The position numbers and the translations under genes are program-made. Source: Octopus vulgaris (Eukaryota). Taken from it: DNA of 64,000 bases. Of the stretch, positions 50,931-58,146 are shown piece by piece (position 1 is the stretch's first letter; the number at the start of each line of letters is the position of its first letter). The stretch lies in NCBI GenBank assembly GCA_951406725.2, contig OX597818.1, forward strand, positions 46,872,001-46,936,000. The letters run 5' to 3'. Below the pieces are notes generated by a model. That model ran no database searches. It saw nothing but the letters and a program-made list of their open reading frames with translations, and had not been told where the DNA came from.

Positions 50931-53900
50931 ACTGGGAGTACTATTTTATTTATAGAAATCTTTTATATGTTCTGAAACATTTTATTATTGTTCTATAGGG
51001 AAATCAAGCCATACAATACTTGAAGTTTTGTGTTGAAGAGCTGGATGTAAGAGACCCTCCAATACACAACTATTTGTTATCACTATATGCTAGGCTACAA
51101 GCTGGTCAACTCATGGTTTATCTATCAAGTCAAGGGCAGGTAAGCTGGCACAATATTCTCATAATTACACTATCTTCAATCATTGTCTGTAACGTGGTTG
51201 GTCTTTACATAACTAATAGATTTTATCATCACTGCTTTTGTGTTCATTTATTTATTTTGTGATATATCAGATTTACTTTTATACCATTACTATTTACTGT
51301 GCTTTTATGAAAACTAGGTTCTAAAATATTAACGTTGAAGAAGATTAAGTTGGTTTTCACATAAATTTTAATAACCACAACTCTTGTTTTACATGTTATC
51401 TTGTCATTTACGAACTCTCTTTTATCTAGATCCATGTAGTTTCAAATCTCAATCTCATTCATAAATAATGAAAATTCTTCTTCTGTTCCTTTTTTTCTTC
51501 TATACCAAAGGACCCGGAACATGTTTGCTATGATCTCAAATATGCTCTCAGACTTTGTTTAGAGCTGAATCATAAGGAAGCATGCGTCCATATATATTCT
51601 GTGATGGGATTGTATGAAGAAGCAGTGGAATTAGCTCTTACTGTAAGTACATTTACAAAAACTACTCTAAATTGACTACCAAGCAGATAAACCCAAATAA
51701 ACATCTGCATTTTGTAGACATTGAAATTATAAAAAAAATACAAATTATCTCAATAACTTTGTCTTGTGTTAATTAAAGCAGGAGCTGAATAACTTAATCA
51801 TTAAGATATTTCATGAAACAAAACTGTAGTATTTAGTTTCTGGATTTGATTTGCAAGAATCTTTATATGAGTTCGTGTGTTGAAGCATATTCTGTTGTGT
51901 CTTGGGAGAGTCATTTTCTTTTAGAGCCTTATAATGTAACACACTCACCATTAAAATTTCCGCTTATTTCTTATTTTTATTTTCCTTGTGTCTTGCAACC
52001 TTTTCAATAGTCTTGACTCTGTCCGTAAACAGACAGTCAAGACTATTGAAAAGGTTGCAAGACGCAATGAAAATTTTAGGAAAATAAAAATAAGAAATAA
52101 GTGGAAATTTTACTGGTGAGTGTGTTACATTATAAGGCACGAAAAGAAAATGATTCTCCCCAGACACAACAAAACTGTAGTAGTTACTTATATATTAGGC
52201 ACTTGTACCAAAATTTGAAACAATTATTGTCATCATTGATATTTTTACCTTCAGATAAATGTTGATCTAGCTAAAGAGCAAGCATCAAAACCAGATGAGG
52301 AAGATAATGAACTACGAAAGAAGCTGTGGCTGAAAATTGGTAACTTTGCCATTATGTATATTTGCATGTTTACATATTAATTAAAATTATGAAACATATT
52401 GTAGTTTCGAAAGCAAAATTGATTATCGTTACGAAACAAAAAAAAATTCAAATTATTTTGGCTTTTACAACTTTACTACAAATATTCAGTGTTAATTCTA
52501 TTCATTTAAATTGTGGTCGTCGCCAGTGCAGGTGGCACATAAAAAGCACCATTTGGGCGTGGCCATTGCCAGTACCACCAAACTGGCCCTCATGCTGGTG
52601 GCACGTAAAAGCACCCACTACACTCTCGGAGTGGTTGGCGTTAGGAAGGGCATCCAGCTGTAGAAACTCTGCCAGATCAGATTGGAGTCTGGTTCGCCAG
52701 ACCTCAGTCAAATCGTCCAGCCCATGCTAGCATGGAAAGCAGACGTTAAATGATGATGTGCAATGACACAGGCTTGATTTAGAATTGCTATTTACATTTC
52801 TGTAACTACTTTTTTCTAGATAGGCAGTTGACCCTATGCAAATCCATTTTTACCGCTGGGAAGAGGTGGTCCACATTAGTATGACCTTTGTTCTTTGACC
52901 TGTCCAGTATGGGAAGCACTTCCAGGAGTTTGCACTCCACTGGCATAGTTCTTCACTCAAAAAACTTAATAAGAAAATGGAAAAAAAAAAATTAAGAAAT
53001 ATTTCTGGTAGTCAAATCACTTTTGTCACAAAGCTGTAACATGTTGCTTTCATCACTAAAGGAACACTATATCAATATATAGATATTTCCTTATTGATTT
53101 ATAGGATTTTTCGTATATTCACAAAATATACTGTAATTGTTATTGTTTCAAAGCCAGGCTGACAACATTTAAAACTAAGTCTTTCTTTCCTTTTCCATAA
53201 AAATTTTTTACTTTTCAGCCCGGCATGTTGTAGAAGAAGAGAAAGATGTGAAGAGAGCAATGGAGTTTCTCCGAGAATGTGATTTACTGAAAATAGAAGA
53301 CATTTTGCCATTTTTTCACGATTTTGTTATTATTGATGACTTCAAGGTTAGGAAACTACATTATTCCAAACTGCATTCAAATATCAGTATAAATGTAATC
53401 AACATAATTAAAAAGCATCATTGTATACTGTAACTGTTAGTGTTTAAAAACCAGGTGTATATGATTTAAAAGTCTAAGATTATATATAGGTACAAGTATG
53501 GCTGTGTGGTTAAGAAGCTTGGTTTGCAACCATGTAGTTTCAGGTTCAGTCCCACTGTGCAGCACCTTGGGCAAGTCTCTTCTACAATAAACTGGGGCCA
53601 CCTCAATACCTTGTGAGTGAATTTGATAAATGAAAATTATGTAGACGTCATCATGTGTGTGTGTGTGTGTGTGTGTGTCTGTCTGTCTCCCACCACTGCA
53701 TGGCAACTACTGTTGTTTTGTTTGTTTACATTCCCATAACTTAGTGGTGCAGCAAAAGAGACTGATAGGAAAAGTCCCAAACTTTAAAAAAAAAACATAA
53801 GTTCTGGGGTTGATTTGCTTGACTAAAATGTATCTAGGTGGTGCCCCAGCATGGCCATGCTCCAGTGACAAAAACAAGTAAAAGATAATGTCTTGACAAG

Positions 53901-56900
53901 AATATACAATGTACTAAAAATGCAGATTCCATATACATTTCATCTTCTTTTCTTCTCTTTTATAGGATGCTATTATATCCTCTTTGGAGAAATACAATGA
54001 ACATATTGATTCCCTCAAAGAAGAAATGGATAGAGCAACCAAGAGTGCCGAAGAAATTCGTAGAGAAATTCAGAGTTTTCGCAACAAGTATTCTTCTTTT
54101 AGATATATTTAATGTTGTATTATTAGAAGGAAGAAAGGACCAATCTCTACTAAAGACATGTAGCCTGGTGGTTAGGGCGTTGTAACCACTATAGCAAGAT
54201 TGTGATTTCAATTCCTGGACAGGGTGCTCCAGTCTACTCCACTGTAAAATAAGTAATCCTACGATAGATTTGCATCCTTTTCAGAGGAATATTGTGGGCT
54301 CAGTCAGTCGTGTAACTGCATCCAGAAGTAGGGTCCTGGTATGGGGTTTCCAGGATTTTAAGGAGTGTAGAAACATCTCTTAACCACTATTGGTCCTAGG
54401 TCTACTCTGACCTAGAATTGTAGCACTTGTTAAGGTCCCATCTATAGGTTAACTAGGATGTTGATAAAGCCCTGCCTTACCTTCAATTCCTTCATCAAAT
54501 CCAGAGCAGAGTTTGTTCCAGCATCTGATAGCCGCTGTGGTCACACACCCTCTGCATCTGTCCAACATTCAACAGAAAATTGTGTGTTTTTTGCTGTTAT
54601 TAACAACAGGCAAGCTGGCTTTAAAGGTGCCCCACTACATACTGTGAATGTGGTTTGTTGTAGCTTGTCCCCAGCCCCAGTTGTTCTGGGTCTCCTCCTT
54701 GCAGTGGAGGATCACACACCTTTCTCATCACCGGAAATGAATCTTTGCACAGACTTTGACTGATTCAATCAATTGCTGAGACCCCCTTCGGTCATGACTG
54801 ACCGTAGGATTGCACCTAGAAAGTTACCCTCCCAGGTACAAGTCCGAGCAAGGTTGTTTATGGAAGACCAGCAGTTGCCTCCCCCCTCCACGCCACCAGT
54901 GTTATCCAAGGGAAAGGCAATGGCTGATACAGCTTGGCACTTGTGACATCGCAACTCATTTCTAGAGCTGAGTGAACTGGAGCAACGTGAAATAAAGTGT
55001 CTTGCTCAAGAACACAACACGCAGCCCGGTCCAGGATTCGAACTCACAACCTCACGATTGTAAGCTAGATGCTCTAACTACTGAGCCAAGCGCCTTCAAT
55101 CAATTATATATCATGGAAATAGGGTAACCGGCCCCACGAATCTTAGCACTCAAGAAGGTAGTGTCCAGGGGTTGATGATAAGTATTATGAATATCTACTT
55201 GATGAAATAAATAAGGGTGATGTTTGAAATTCTGTAAAAAAATATCTAAATCCAAATAGAGAAAGGGAAGATTGTTGAGATTAGCCATTTCTTTTTTTCT
55301 GGTATAAAATCAAACCATTTAATACACATCATTTGCAAAGCATTCCATATTAAAATGTTTATTAGAAAAAATATAAAAATTTATTTATTAACAAAATAAT
55401 GTTCATGTAAAAACCCTGCCAAAACAGACATGGAAGTCTGGTGTAGGCTCCTGCCTGGCTGGCTCCTGTCAAACCATTCAATCTATGCCAGCATATTGGA
55501 AGGCAGACATTGATTAATGATGATGATGTTCTTTTAATTTTCCTTTGTTTACACTGCCAACTTTACAATATTTACTTTACAGGTTTGTATTCGTCAAAAC
55601 ACAAGACAAATGTTTCTTCTGCGGTTTTCCTCTCATGACACAGTCTTTCCATGTGTTTCCTTGTGAGCATAAATTCCATACAGATTGTCTTATTTCAGAA
55701 GTAAGTAATTTCAATGAAAATCAGTTATTTGTGGTTGTTAGTTCATAAACTGATGTAATTTATCAAAACACATCATTGATATAGCATCATACCCATAAAG
55801 TCACTAGTTCTGATGTATGAAGTCATTTGAACGTTTGGAGCATTTTTTCCTATTTGAAACTGTTAGTCCTTAACTATTTAAGGTTAATGGTTACATCTCG
55901 TAAAAGATGAATTTTTCTATTCATCAAAGCAAGCAGTGCAAACCCTTTCAAAGGGTATATTGTATAAATTTCAAACAAAAAAAAAATTGATATTATTATT
56001 GTCTGATCATTAAACACTTCTTTTATAAATTATATTAAAAAAATTAACAAATTAAATGATTAAATTAATTTCAAGAAGGTTAAATTCTAATTAAAATAAT
56101 TATTTTTAGGTTGTGCCTAACCTTTCTGTATCAAAGAAAAAGAAAATTGAAGAGTTGCAAAAAAAAGTAAAAGAGCCACGAATACAGAATTTATTATTAA
56201 CTATTCATGGAAACCAGTCAGAAACCAACATTAAAGTATGACCCTTTTACCTTTTTGAATTTCCGTTACCATTCATAAATATAATTTTGCTTTTCCTAAT
56301 TTCTGTAATTTTATGTTTCAGACTGAACTTGATGAAATAATTGGAGCAGAATGTATTTACTGTGGAGACATGATGATCAAGTAATTTATTTCCTTCATTA
56401 TTGATTTAACTTCTTTTTTTCCCCCCCAATTTAAATACAGCAATGAAACCTTGTATTGCTGTATTTAATTTAAACGATTGCAATGTGGAAAGACCACACA
56501 TTAGCCATTCAAAAACACAAAAAATCTGAACTTCACTTAAACATTTATTATTTGATGTCAAAATTTTCATCAAACAATATGAACGGCAACTTGATCACCA
56601 ACATGGTTACAACCTATCTCAGTGACTAAGATGCAGTTCACAAAACAAACATTTTGATAATAGATGTTTAAGTGAAGTTAAATGTATTTGTGTTTTTTTT
56701 TAATGGCTAACATGCATTTTCTACACTGCTATCATTTTAGACTCGACACATGGTCTCAGGTCAGATCACTTGCCTGACAAGTACACATCTGAAATATAAT
56801 GAAATTTTAGTTATACTTTAAATTTTAGCATGGCAAGAGGTGCAAATGAGGGTAGCTATATCAAACTCCATTCTTCATCAAGTGTCACATATTAGAGGAG

Positions 56901-57645
56901 GCTCCTAGTAATAACAGTGTAGCGCAAAACGGCGGTGCATCAGCATGGCCGCAGCTCTGAGCTGAAACTTTTAAAAAAATTAGTTTTAAATAGTAAGGTT
57001 TCATAGACACATTCCAAAGTGTTGCCATTCACTTTCATCTGTTACAGCAACAGAGGAAACTAACCTTCTTTGTTGTGTATGTCTTATTGTTGACATAATT
57101 TTGTCGAGCTGAAAGCCCTTCCTCTTGCCAACCAATTTACAGCATAGAGTGGTTAATTTTGTCATACCACTGGAACTAAAGAGAATAGGTGTGGCAAGAT
57201 TAAAGAGTCCTCTCTGTTTTGTATCAGCGATTTTATTCTGATTTACTTCTCGCCTAAACAGGCTGCCTGCACTGTTTCCTACTTTATGATGTGGTAAATA
57301 AGTTGTCTGCTAGTTCTTTCTTGAAAGCAAGGCATATATTTTAAGAGGTGTACAGTGTTTTGGCTTCAAATATGACTTTAAATGGCTATGTTTAGAAATA
57401 TAAACCTATTTTGCCATTCAAATGAGATTTGTGCTATTTTTCAACTTATTGGTTTCTTTAGTTAACTTTTTTTGTTTATATTTTTCATTAATTACATACT
57501 ATTTGCTGTCTAAATGCACTAATAATAGCCTTTTTTAATTAAACTGTGCGACTAATACTGCATGAATTTCATTTCTTATAGATTAATCGACAAGCCTTTT
57601 ATTGAAGCAGATGAAATGGACCAAGCAGCGAATGGTTGGCTATGA
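15812..57645 (+). CDS. VPS18: Vacuolar protein sorting 18 (Pep3/deep orange; HOPS/CORVET core subunit), complete spliced CDS, 29 coding exons, 970 aa
   Basis: Hand-assembled exons are phase-compatible and sum to 2913 nt with no internal stop. Recognisable VPS18 motifs: MSSILDQYE, HKIFLDPTGRHLLI, AVGWN..TGPILLGT, IVLTEFH, RDVWRIYL, SFEEIALRF, LFYKFSPVLM, YDLKYALRLC, KKLWLKIARHVV, LLKIEDILPFF, a split RING-H2 (CFFC..FPCEHKFHTDC..ECIYCG) and C-terminal IDKPFI..WL*. Confidence 0.97.
15999..16802 (+). mobile_element. Penelope-like element pseudo-LTR remnant with a 5' inverted repeat and a hammerhead-like motif
   Basis: 54-bp inverted arms (15999-16052 / 16068-16121, 1 mismatch), internal 42-bp tandem duplication near 16345-16435, hammerhead-like fold at 16559-16602. 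Class assignment is inferred from architecture; no ORF is seen. Confidence 0.6.
16553..16608 (+). ncRNA. Minimal type-I hammerhead ribozyme-like motif (core variant CCGAUGA)
   Basis: CCGATGA, stem II (GGATATTA-tcaat-TAATATCC), GAAA, palindromic stem III ACAGCTGT, cleavage triplet GTA; stem I poorly paired. Confidence 0.5.
16803..17545 (+). mobile_element. 5'-truncated young RTE LINE (RT C-terminus, 3'UTR and (GAT)n tail)
   Basis: Intact frame LRWYGHVARMDEGRCVKKCQSLAVEGTRGRGRPRKTWDEVVKHNLRTLGLTEEMTSDRDLWKYAVREKTRQDK*; CpGs retained. Confidence 0.92.
18551..18624 (+). CDS. VPS18: VPS18 coding exon 2
   Basis: tttttcAG..GTAAGT; LVSHYTGRTTSETEPIFRRVKNEY(K); phase 0 to 2. Confidence 0.88.
19403..19512 (+). 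CDS. VPS18: VPS18 coding exon 3
   Basis: AG..GTTAGT; PHDRILSMTVCSRFLVIATCSNVIIRVDMMHPHQQD; phase 2 to 1. Confidence 0.92.
19817..20205 (-). mobile_element. tRNA-derived SINE family C (~390 bp, internal (TA)/(TG) tract, (AAAAGAGT)n tail); copies at 1-113, 17575-17715, 18740-18900, 24670-24850, 25003-25385, 31255-31645, 38867-39253, 41168-41575, 42230-42612, 53488-53885, 59450-59838
   Basis: Head ggcgcaggagtggctgtgtggtaag..gggttcagtccc (A and B boxes), then ccttgggcaagtgtcttctactatagcctcggg; many high-identity copies; resembles described octopus tRNA-SINEs. Confidence 0.9.
21180..21331 (+). CDS. VPS18: VPS18 coding exon 4
   Basis: IELPKMIEDRIHKIFLDPTGRHLLISMEQSAEVYYLCRNSKKTKTISKLK; AG..GT. 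Confidence 0.95.
22443..22527 (+). CDS. VPS18: VPS18 coding exon 5
   Basis: GNLINAVGWNTQNTNDTLTGPILLGTTK; AG..GTCAGT. Confidence 0.95.
22851..23844. mobile_element. Tigger-like MITE with a nested RTE fragment (about 22881-23630)
   Basis: TA|CAGTAATCCCTC ... GAGGGATTACTC|TA terminal inverted repeats (11/12 match) with TA target duplication. Confidence 0.78.
24091..24170 (+). CDS. VPS18: VPS18 coding exon 6
   Basis: LIYETELTRGDDSRIFGRTVDRYVSK; AG..GT. Confidence 0.93.
24430..25865 (-). mobile_element. Rex3/Expander-like RTE-clade LINE RT remnant, split by two SINE-C insertions
   Basis: LSPLLFIIFMNWI; DLQHVLNRFIAKCCKAGMR..KT.ILVLSKK..QVEWFKYLG.IF..DG..RIAGA; GHERWVMT; IEKSQ..FG..PTGSR.R.RPRTRWLD..LTWSCLGI. 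Confidence 0.82.
26432..26541 (+). CDS. VPS18: VPS18 coding exon 7
   Basis: LFTAGKEKVQPITGIEFDRMPSRTTDCKYYVLVTTP; AG..GTAAG. Confidence 0.93.
26996..27084 (+). CDS. VPS18: VPS18 coding exon 8
   Basis: RLYQFIGTVSTSAEAPIFQQLFQTYLDTP; long poly-T acceptor, GTAAAG donor. Confidence 0.95.
27261..27490. mobile_element. piggyBac-like MITE (partial copy 36290-36400)
   Basis: TTAA-ccttttagcatt ... aatgataaagagtta degenerate terminal inverted repeats; a second copy ends aatgctaaaaggTTAA. Confidence 0.55.
28030..28516 (-). mobile_element. Internally deleted mariner transposon remnant
   Basis: - strand KVITRDEL*VYSYDP (ITGDETWVYGYDP-like) joined to PLLKGTRFQGIEEIQ..ISKEEFQ (mariner C-terminus); end resembles a mariner TIR with TA. 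Confidence 0.75.
28714..28812 (+). CDS. VPS18: VPS18 coding exon 9
   Basis: EFLELPYNFGTSELRIFNNSSKSRGKAFALMA; CAG..GTAAAT. Confidence 0.94.
29298..29488. mobile_element. hAT (Charlie-like) MITE inserted in a SINE-B remnant
   Basis: Ends CAGCAGTTCTCAACC ... GATTGCGAATCACAG, flanked by a perfect 8-bp target duplication CTCTAATG (29290-97, 29489-96). Confidence 0.85.
30090..30525 (+). mobile_element. 5'-truncated CR1-clade LINE 3' end with (TTA)n tail (3'UTR-only copy at 50720-50930)
   Basis: Open frame LKLYTAMVRPHLEFASSVWNPYLAQNIDFLESVQRRATKRIPSIRHLPYSERLVSLGMDSLKLRRLATDL (CR1 motifs VRPHLEY and LE.VQRRATK); shared gtgcacctgagcactgta-(TTA)n end. Confidence 0.92.
31110..31191 (+). CDS. VPS18: VPS18 coding exon 10 (ends at a U12-type ATATCCTTT donor)
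   Basis: PGIYYGDINVQGAAGPNSVTFNSKLM(P); followed directly by ATATCCTTTT. Confidence 0.88.
32475..32872. repeat. Degenerate fold-back / MITE-like inverted repeat with arms of about 170 bp
   Basis: ttttaaaagattattttt..aaaatcttatttc..ctgcatcaagaaatt mirrored by aatttcttgatgcag..gaaataagatttt..aaaaataatcttttaaaa. Confidence 0.8.
32985..33022 (-). ncRNA. Minimal hammerhead ribozyme motif in a Penelope-like remnant
   Basis: - strand ttt-CTGATGA-a-GAGC-tat-GCTT-GAAA-tGTC-aaa: canonical core, short stem II, minimal stem III, GUC triplet. Confidence 0.6.
34150..34233 (+). CDS. VPS18: VPS18 coding exon 11
   Basis: YPVESNNKVVPLSIVLTEFHVLILFPD(R); donor GTGAGT; 5' boundary inferred from frame and U12 geometry. 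Confidence 0.88.
36453..36510 (+). CDS. VPS18: VPS18 coding exon 12
   Basis: MKAVCLLNEQLIYDDVFPE; AG..GTCAGT. Confidence 0.94.
37951..38054 (+). CDS. VPS18: VPS18 coding exon 13
   Basis: RVGKFIGLCKDPVSGNIWAYTSQHIYSYKVNQEY(R). Confidence 0.95.
39556..39616 (+). CDS. VPS18: VPS18 coding exon 14
   Basis: DVWRIYLDQGKFDQAKEYCR. Confidence 0.96.
40662..40726 (+). CDS. VPS18: VPS18 coding exon 15
   Basis: DNRMQLDEVMTKEADHLFSLK(R); AG..GTAAGT. Confidence 0.94.
41595..43520 (+). mobile_element. Decayed RTE LINE (RT domain to 3' tail), interrupted by SINE-C at 42230-42612
   Basis: VNLDEMQ..VP.RSTTDAIFLVRQLQ.KYLAKNKPLYLVFVD.EKAFNRV; QGSVL; ELLYA(G)DDLVL; LRVNLAKT; RIRIGWAKF; GRPRKIWNEV. Confidence 0.93.
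44412..44547 (+). CDS. VPS18: VPS18 coding exon 16
   Basis: YKESAVMYANTESSFEEIALRFINLEDKEPLKAFLTQKLNSLRVQ. Confidence 0.96.
46135..46287 (+). CDS. VPS18: VPS18 coding exon 17
   Basis: DRTQMTMLVTWLTEIYLNQLGELKEQ...FCQFLNQSIIK. Confidence 0.96.
47383..47476 (+). CDS. VPS18: VPS18 coding exon 18
   Basis: ECVCNNRQVIYDLIASHGDVEDLMYFARLMK. Confidence 0.96.
48623..48696 (+). CDS. VPS18: VPS18 coding exon 19
   Basis: (D)FERVISHYIQHEYYKVALEVLNEQ. Confidence 0.95.
49270..49805 (+). mobile_element. RTE LINE 3' fragment
   Basis: QERRLRWFGHVM..CVKKC..GRPRKTW..VVRKDL, then the RTE tail. Confidence 0.85.
50470..50625 (+). CDS. VPS18: VPS18 coding exon 20
   Basis: NQMELFYKFSPVLMQHIPVETVKSWKKQRNKLDPKRLIPSLVQYDSKKHHEQ. 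Confidence 0.96.
50999..51139 (+). CDS. VPS18: VPS18 coding exon 21
   Basis: GNQAIQYLKFCVEELDVRDPPIHNYLLSLYARLQAGQLMVYLSSQGQ. Confidence 0.96.
51511..51642 (+). CDS. VPS18: VPS18 coding exon 22
   Basis: DPEHVCYDLKYALRLCLELNHKEACVHIYSVMGLYEEAVELALT. Confidence 0.97.
51832..52171. mobile_element. Palindromic insertion (Penelope-like pseudo-LTR type) with target-site duplication; single-arm relative at about 62995-63205
   Basis: Inverted arms 51893-~52018 / ~52035-52171; direct repeat AACAAAACTGTAGTA at 51817-31 and 52168-82. Confidence 0.78.
52255..52339 (+). CDS. VPS18: VPS18 coding exon 23
   Basis: INVDLAKEQASKPDEEDNELRKKLWLKI. Confidence 0.96.
53219..53346 (+). CDS. VPS18: VPS18 coding exon 24
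   Basis: (A)RHVVEEEKDVKRAMEFLRECDLLKIEDILPFFHDFVIIDDFK. Confidence 0.97.
53966..54087 (+). CDS. VPS18: VPS18 coding exon 25 (coiled coil)
   Basis: DAIISSLEKYNEHIDSLKEEMDRATKSAEEIRREIQSFRN(K); weak donor GTATTC. Confidence 0.93.
55583..55700 (+). CDS. VPS18: VPS18 coding exon 26 (RING-H2, N-terminal part)
   Basis: FVFVKTQDKCFFCGFPLMTQSFHVFPCEHKFHTDCLISE. Confidence 0.96.
56110..56235 (+). CDS. VPS18: VPS18 coding exon 27
   Basis: VVPNLSVSKKKKIEELQKKVKEPRIQNLLLTIHGNQSETNIK; AG..GTATGA, phase 0 at both ends. Confidence 0.9.
56322..56380 (+). CDS. VPS18: VPS18 coding exon 28 (RING C-terminal CxxC)
   Basis: TELDEIIGAECIYCGDMMI(K). Confidence 0.96.
57582..57645 (+). CDS. VPS18: VPS18 coding exon 29 (terminal)
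   Basis: LIDKPFIEADEMDQAANGWL*; TGA at 57643-57645. Confidence 0.95.
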
Positions 57646-57852
57646 TGGAAAACTCTTGTTATTCAAGACTTTGCTTATAAGAAGTTACTGTCAAGATAAT
57701 TCTGTCTATTGTCAACTACAAAGGATTGTGAATTTTTCCCTTAGCATCAAAAAGCCTGGAAATGAAAAGTTGCTTTATTGCTTATATATTTTACTATCAG
57801 TCAGCCTTGTTGCCAGCATTGTTTTAAAAAAAATATATCAACTTTATCGTGT

Positions 57853-57858
57853 AATAAA
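57853..57858 (+). terminator. Candidate VPS18 polyadenylation signal AATAAA
   Basis: First AATAAA after the VPS18 stop, followed by T/GT-rich sequence. Confidence 0.55.
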
Positions 57859-57873
57859 TTGGCTTTATACCTA

Positions 57874-57879
57874 TTTATT
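57874..57879 (-). terminator. Candidate SERGEF polyadenylation signal AATAAA (a second candidate at 57774-57779)
   Basis: TTTATT on the + strand about 105 nt downstream of the SERGEF stop. Confidence 0.5.
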
Positions 57880-57982
57880 ACTTTGTCTTTCTTTTAACAC
57901 AAAGTTTCTTTCTCAGTGTACAAAAGTTTTTCATATATTGCTCCTTAATATTTTTGGAAATTTGTAAATATCGACTGAAATG

Positions 57983-58146
57983 TTAATTTGAACAAAGAGC
58001 AAAAGAGTGTCCAGTACCAGCTCCAGTCAAAAGGATGGAAGGCTTTTCAGGAAGTTGTACTTTGGTGGGTCTAAGTTGATTGATTTCATTTCCATTACCA
58101 CACATGCCATGTTCGTTCCATCCCCAACAAACTAACGAGCCACATT
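57983..58146 (-). CDS. SERGEF: SERGEF terminal coding exon
   Basis: CGSLVCWGWNEHGMCGNGNEINQLRPTKVQLPEKPSILLTGAGTGHSFALCSN*; TAA at 57985-57983. Confidence 0.94.

Noticed and set aside
53317-53319. His in LPFF-H-DF where vertebrate VPS18 has Pro
   Set aside because: A single substitution at a position I cannot show is invariant; no basis for a functional claim.
57602-57967. 121-aa ORF overlapping the VPS18 3' end
   Set aside because: Alternative frame over the terminal exon and AT-rich UTR, non-ATG start, low-complexity composition.
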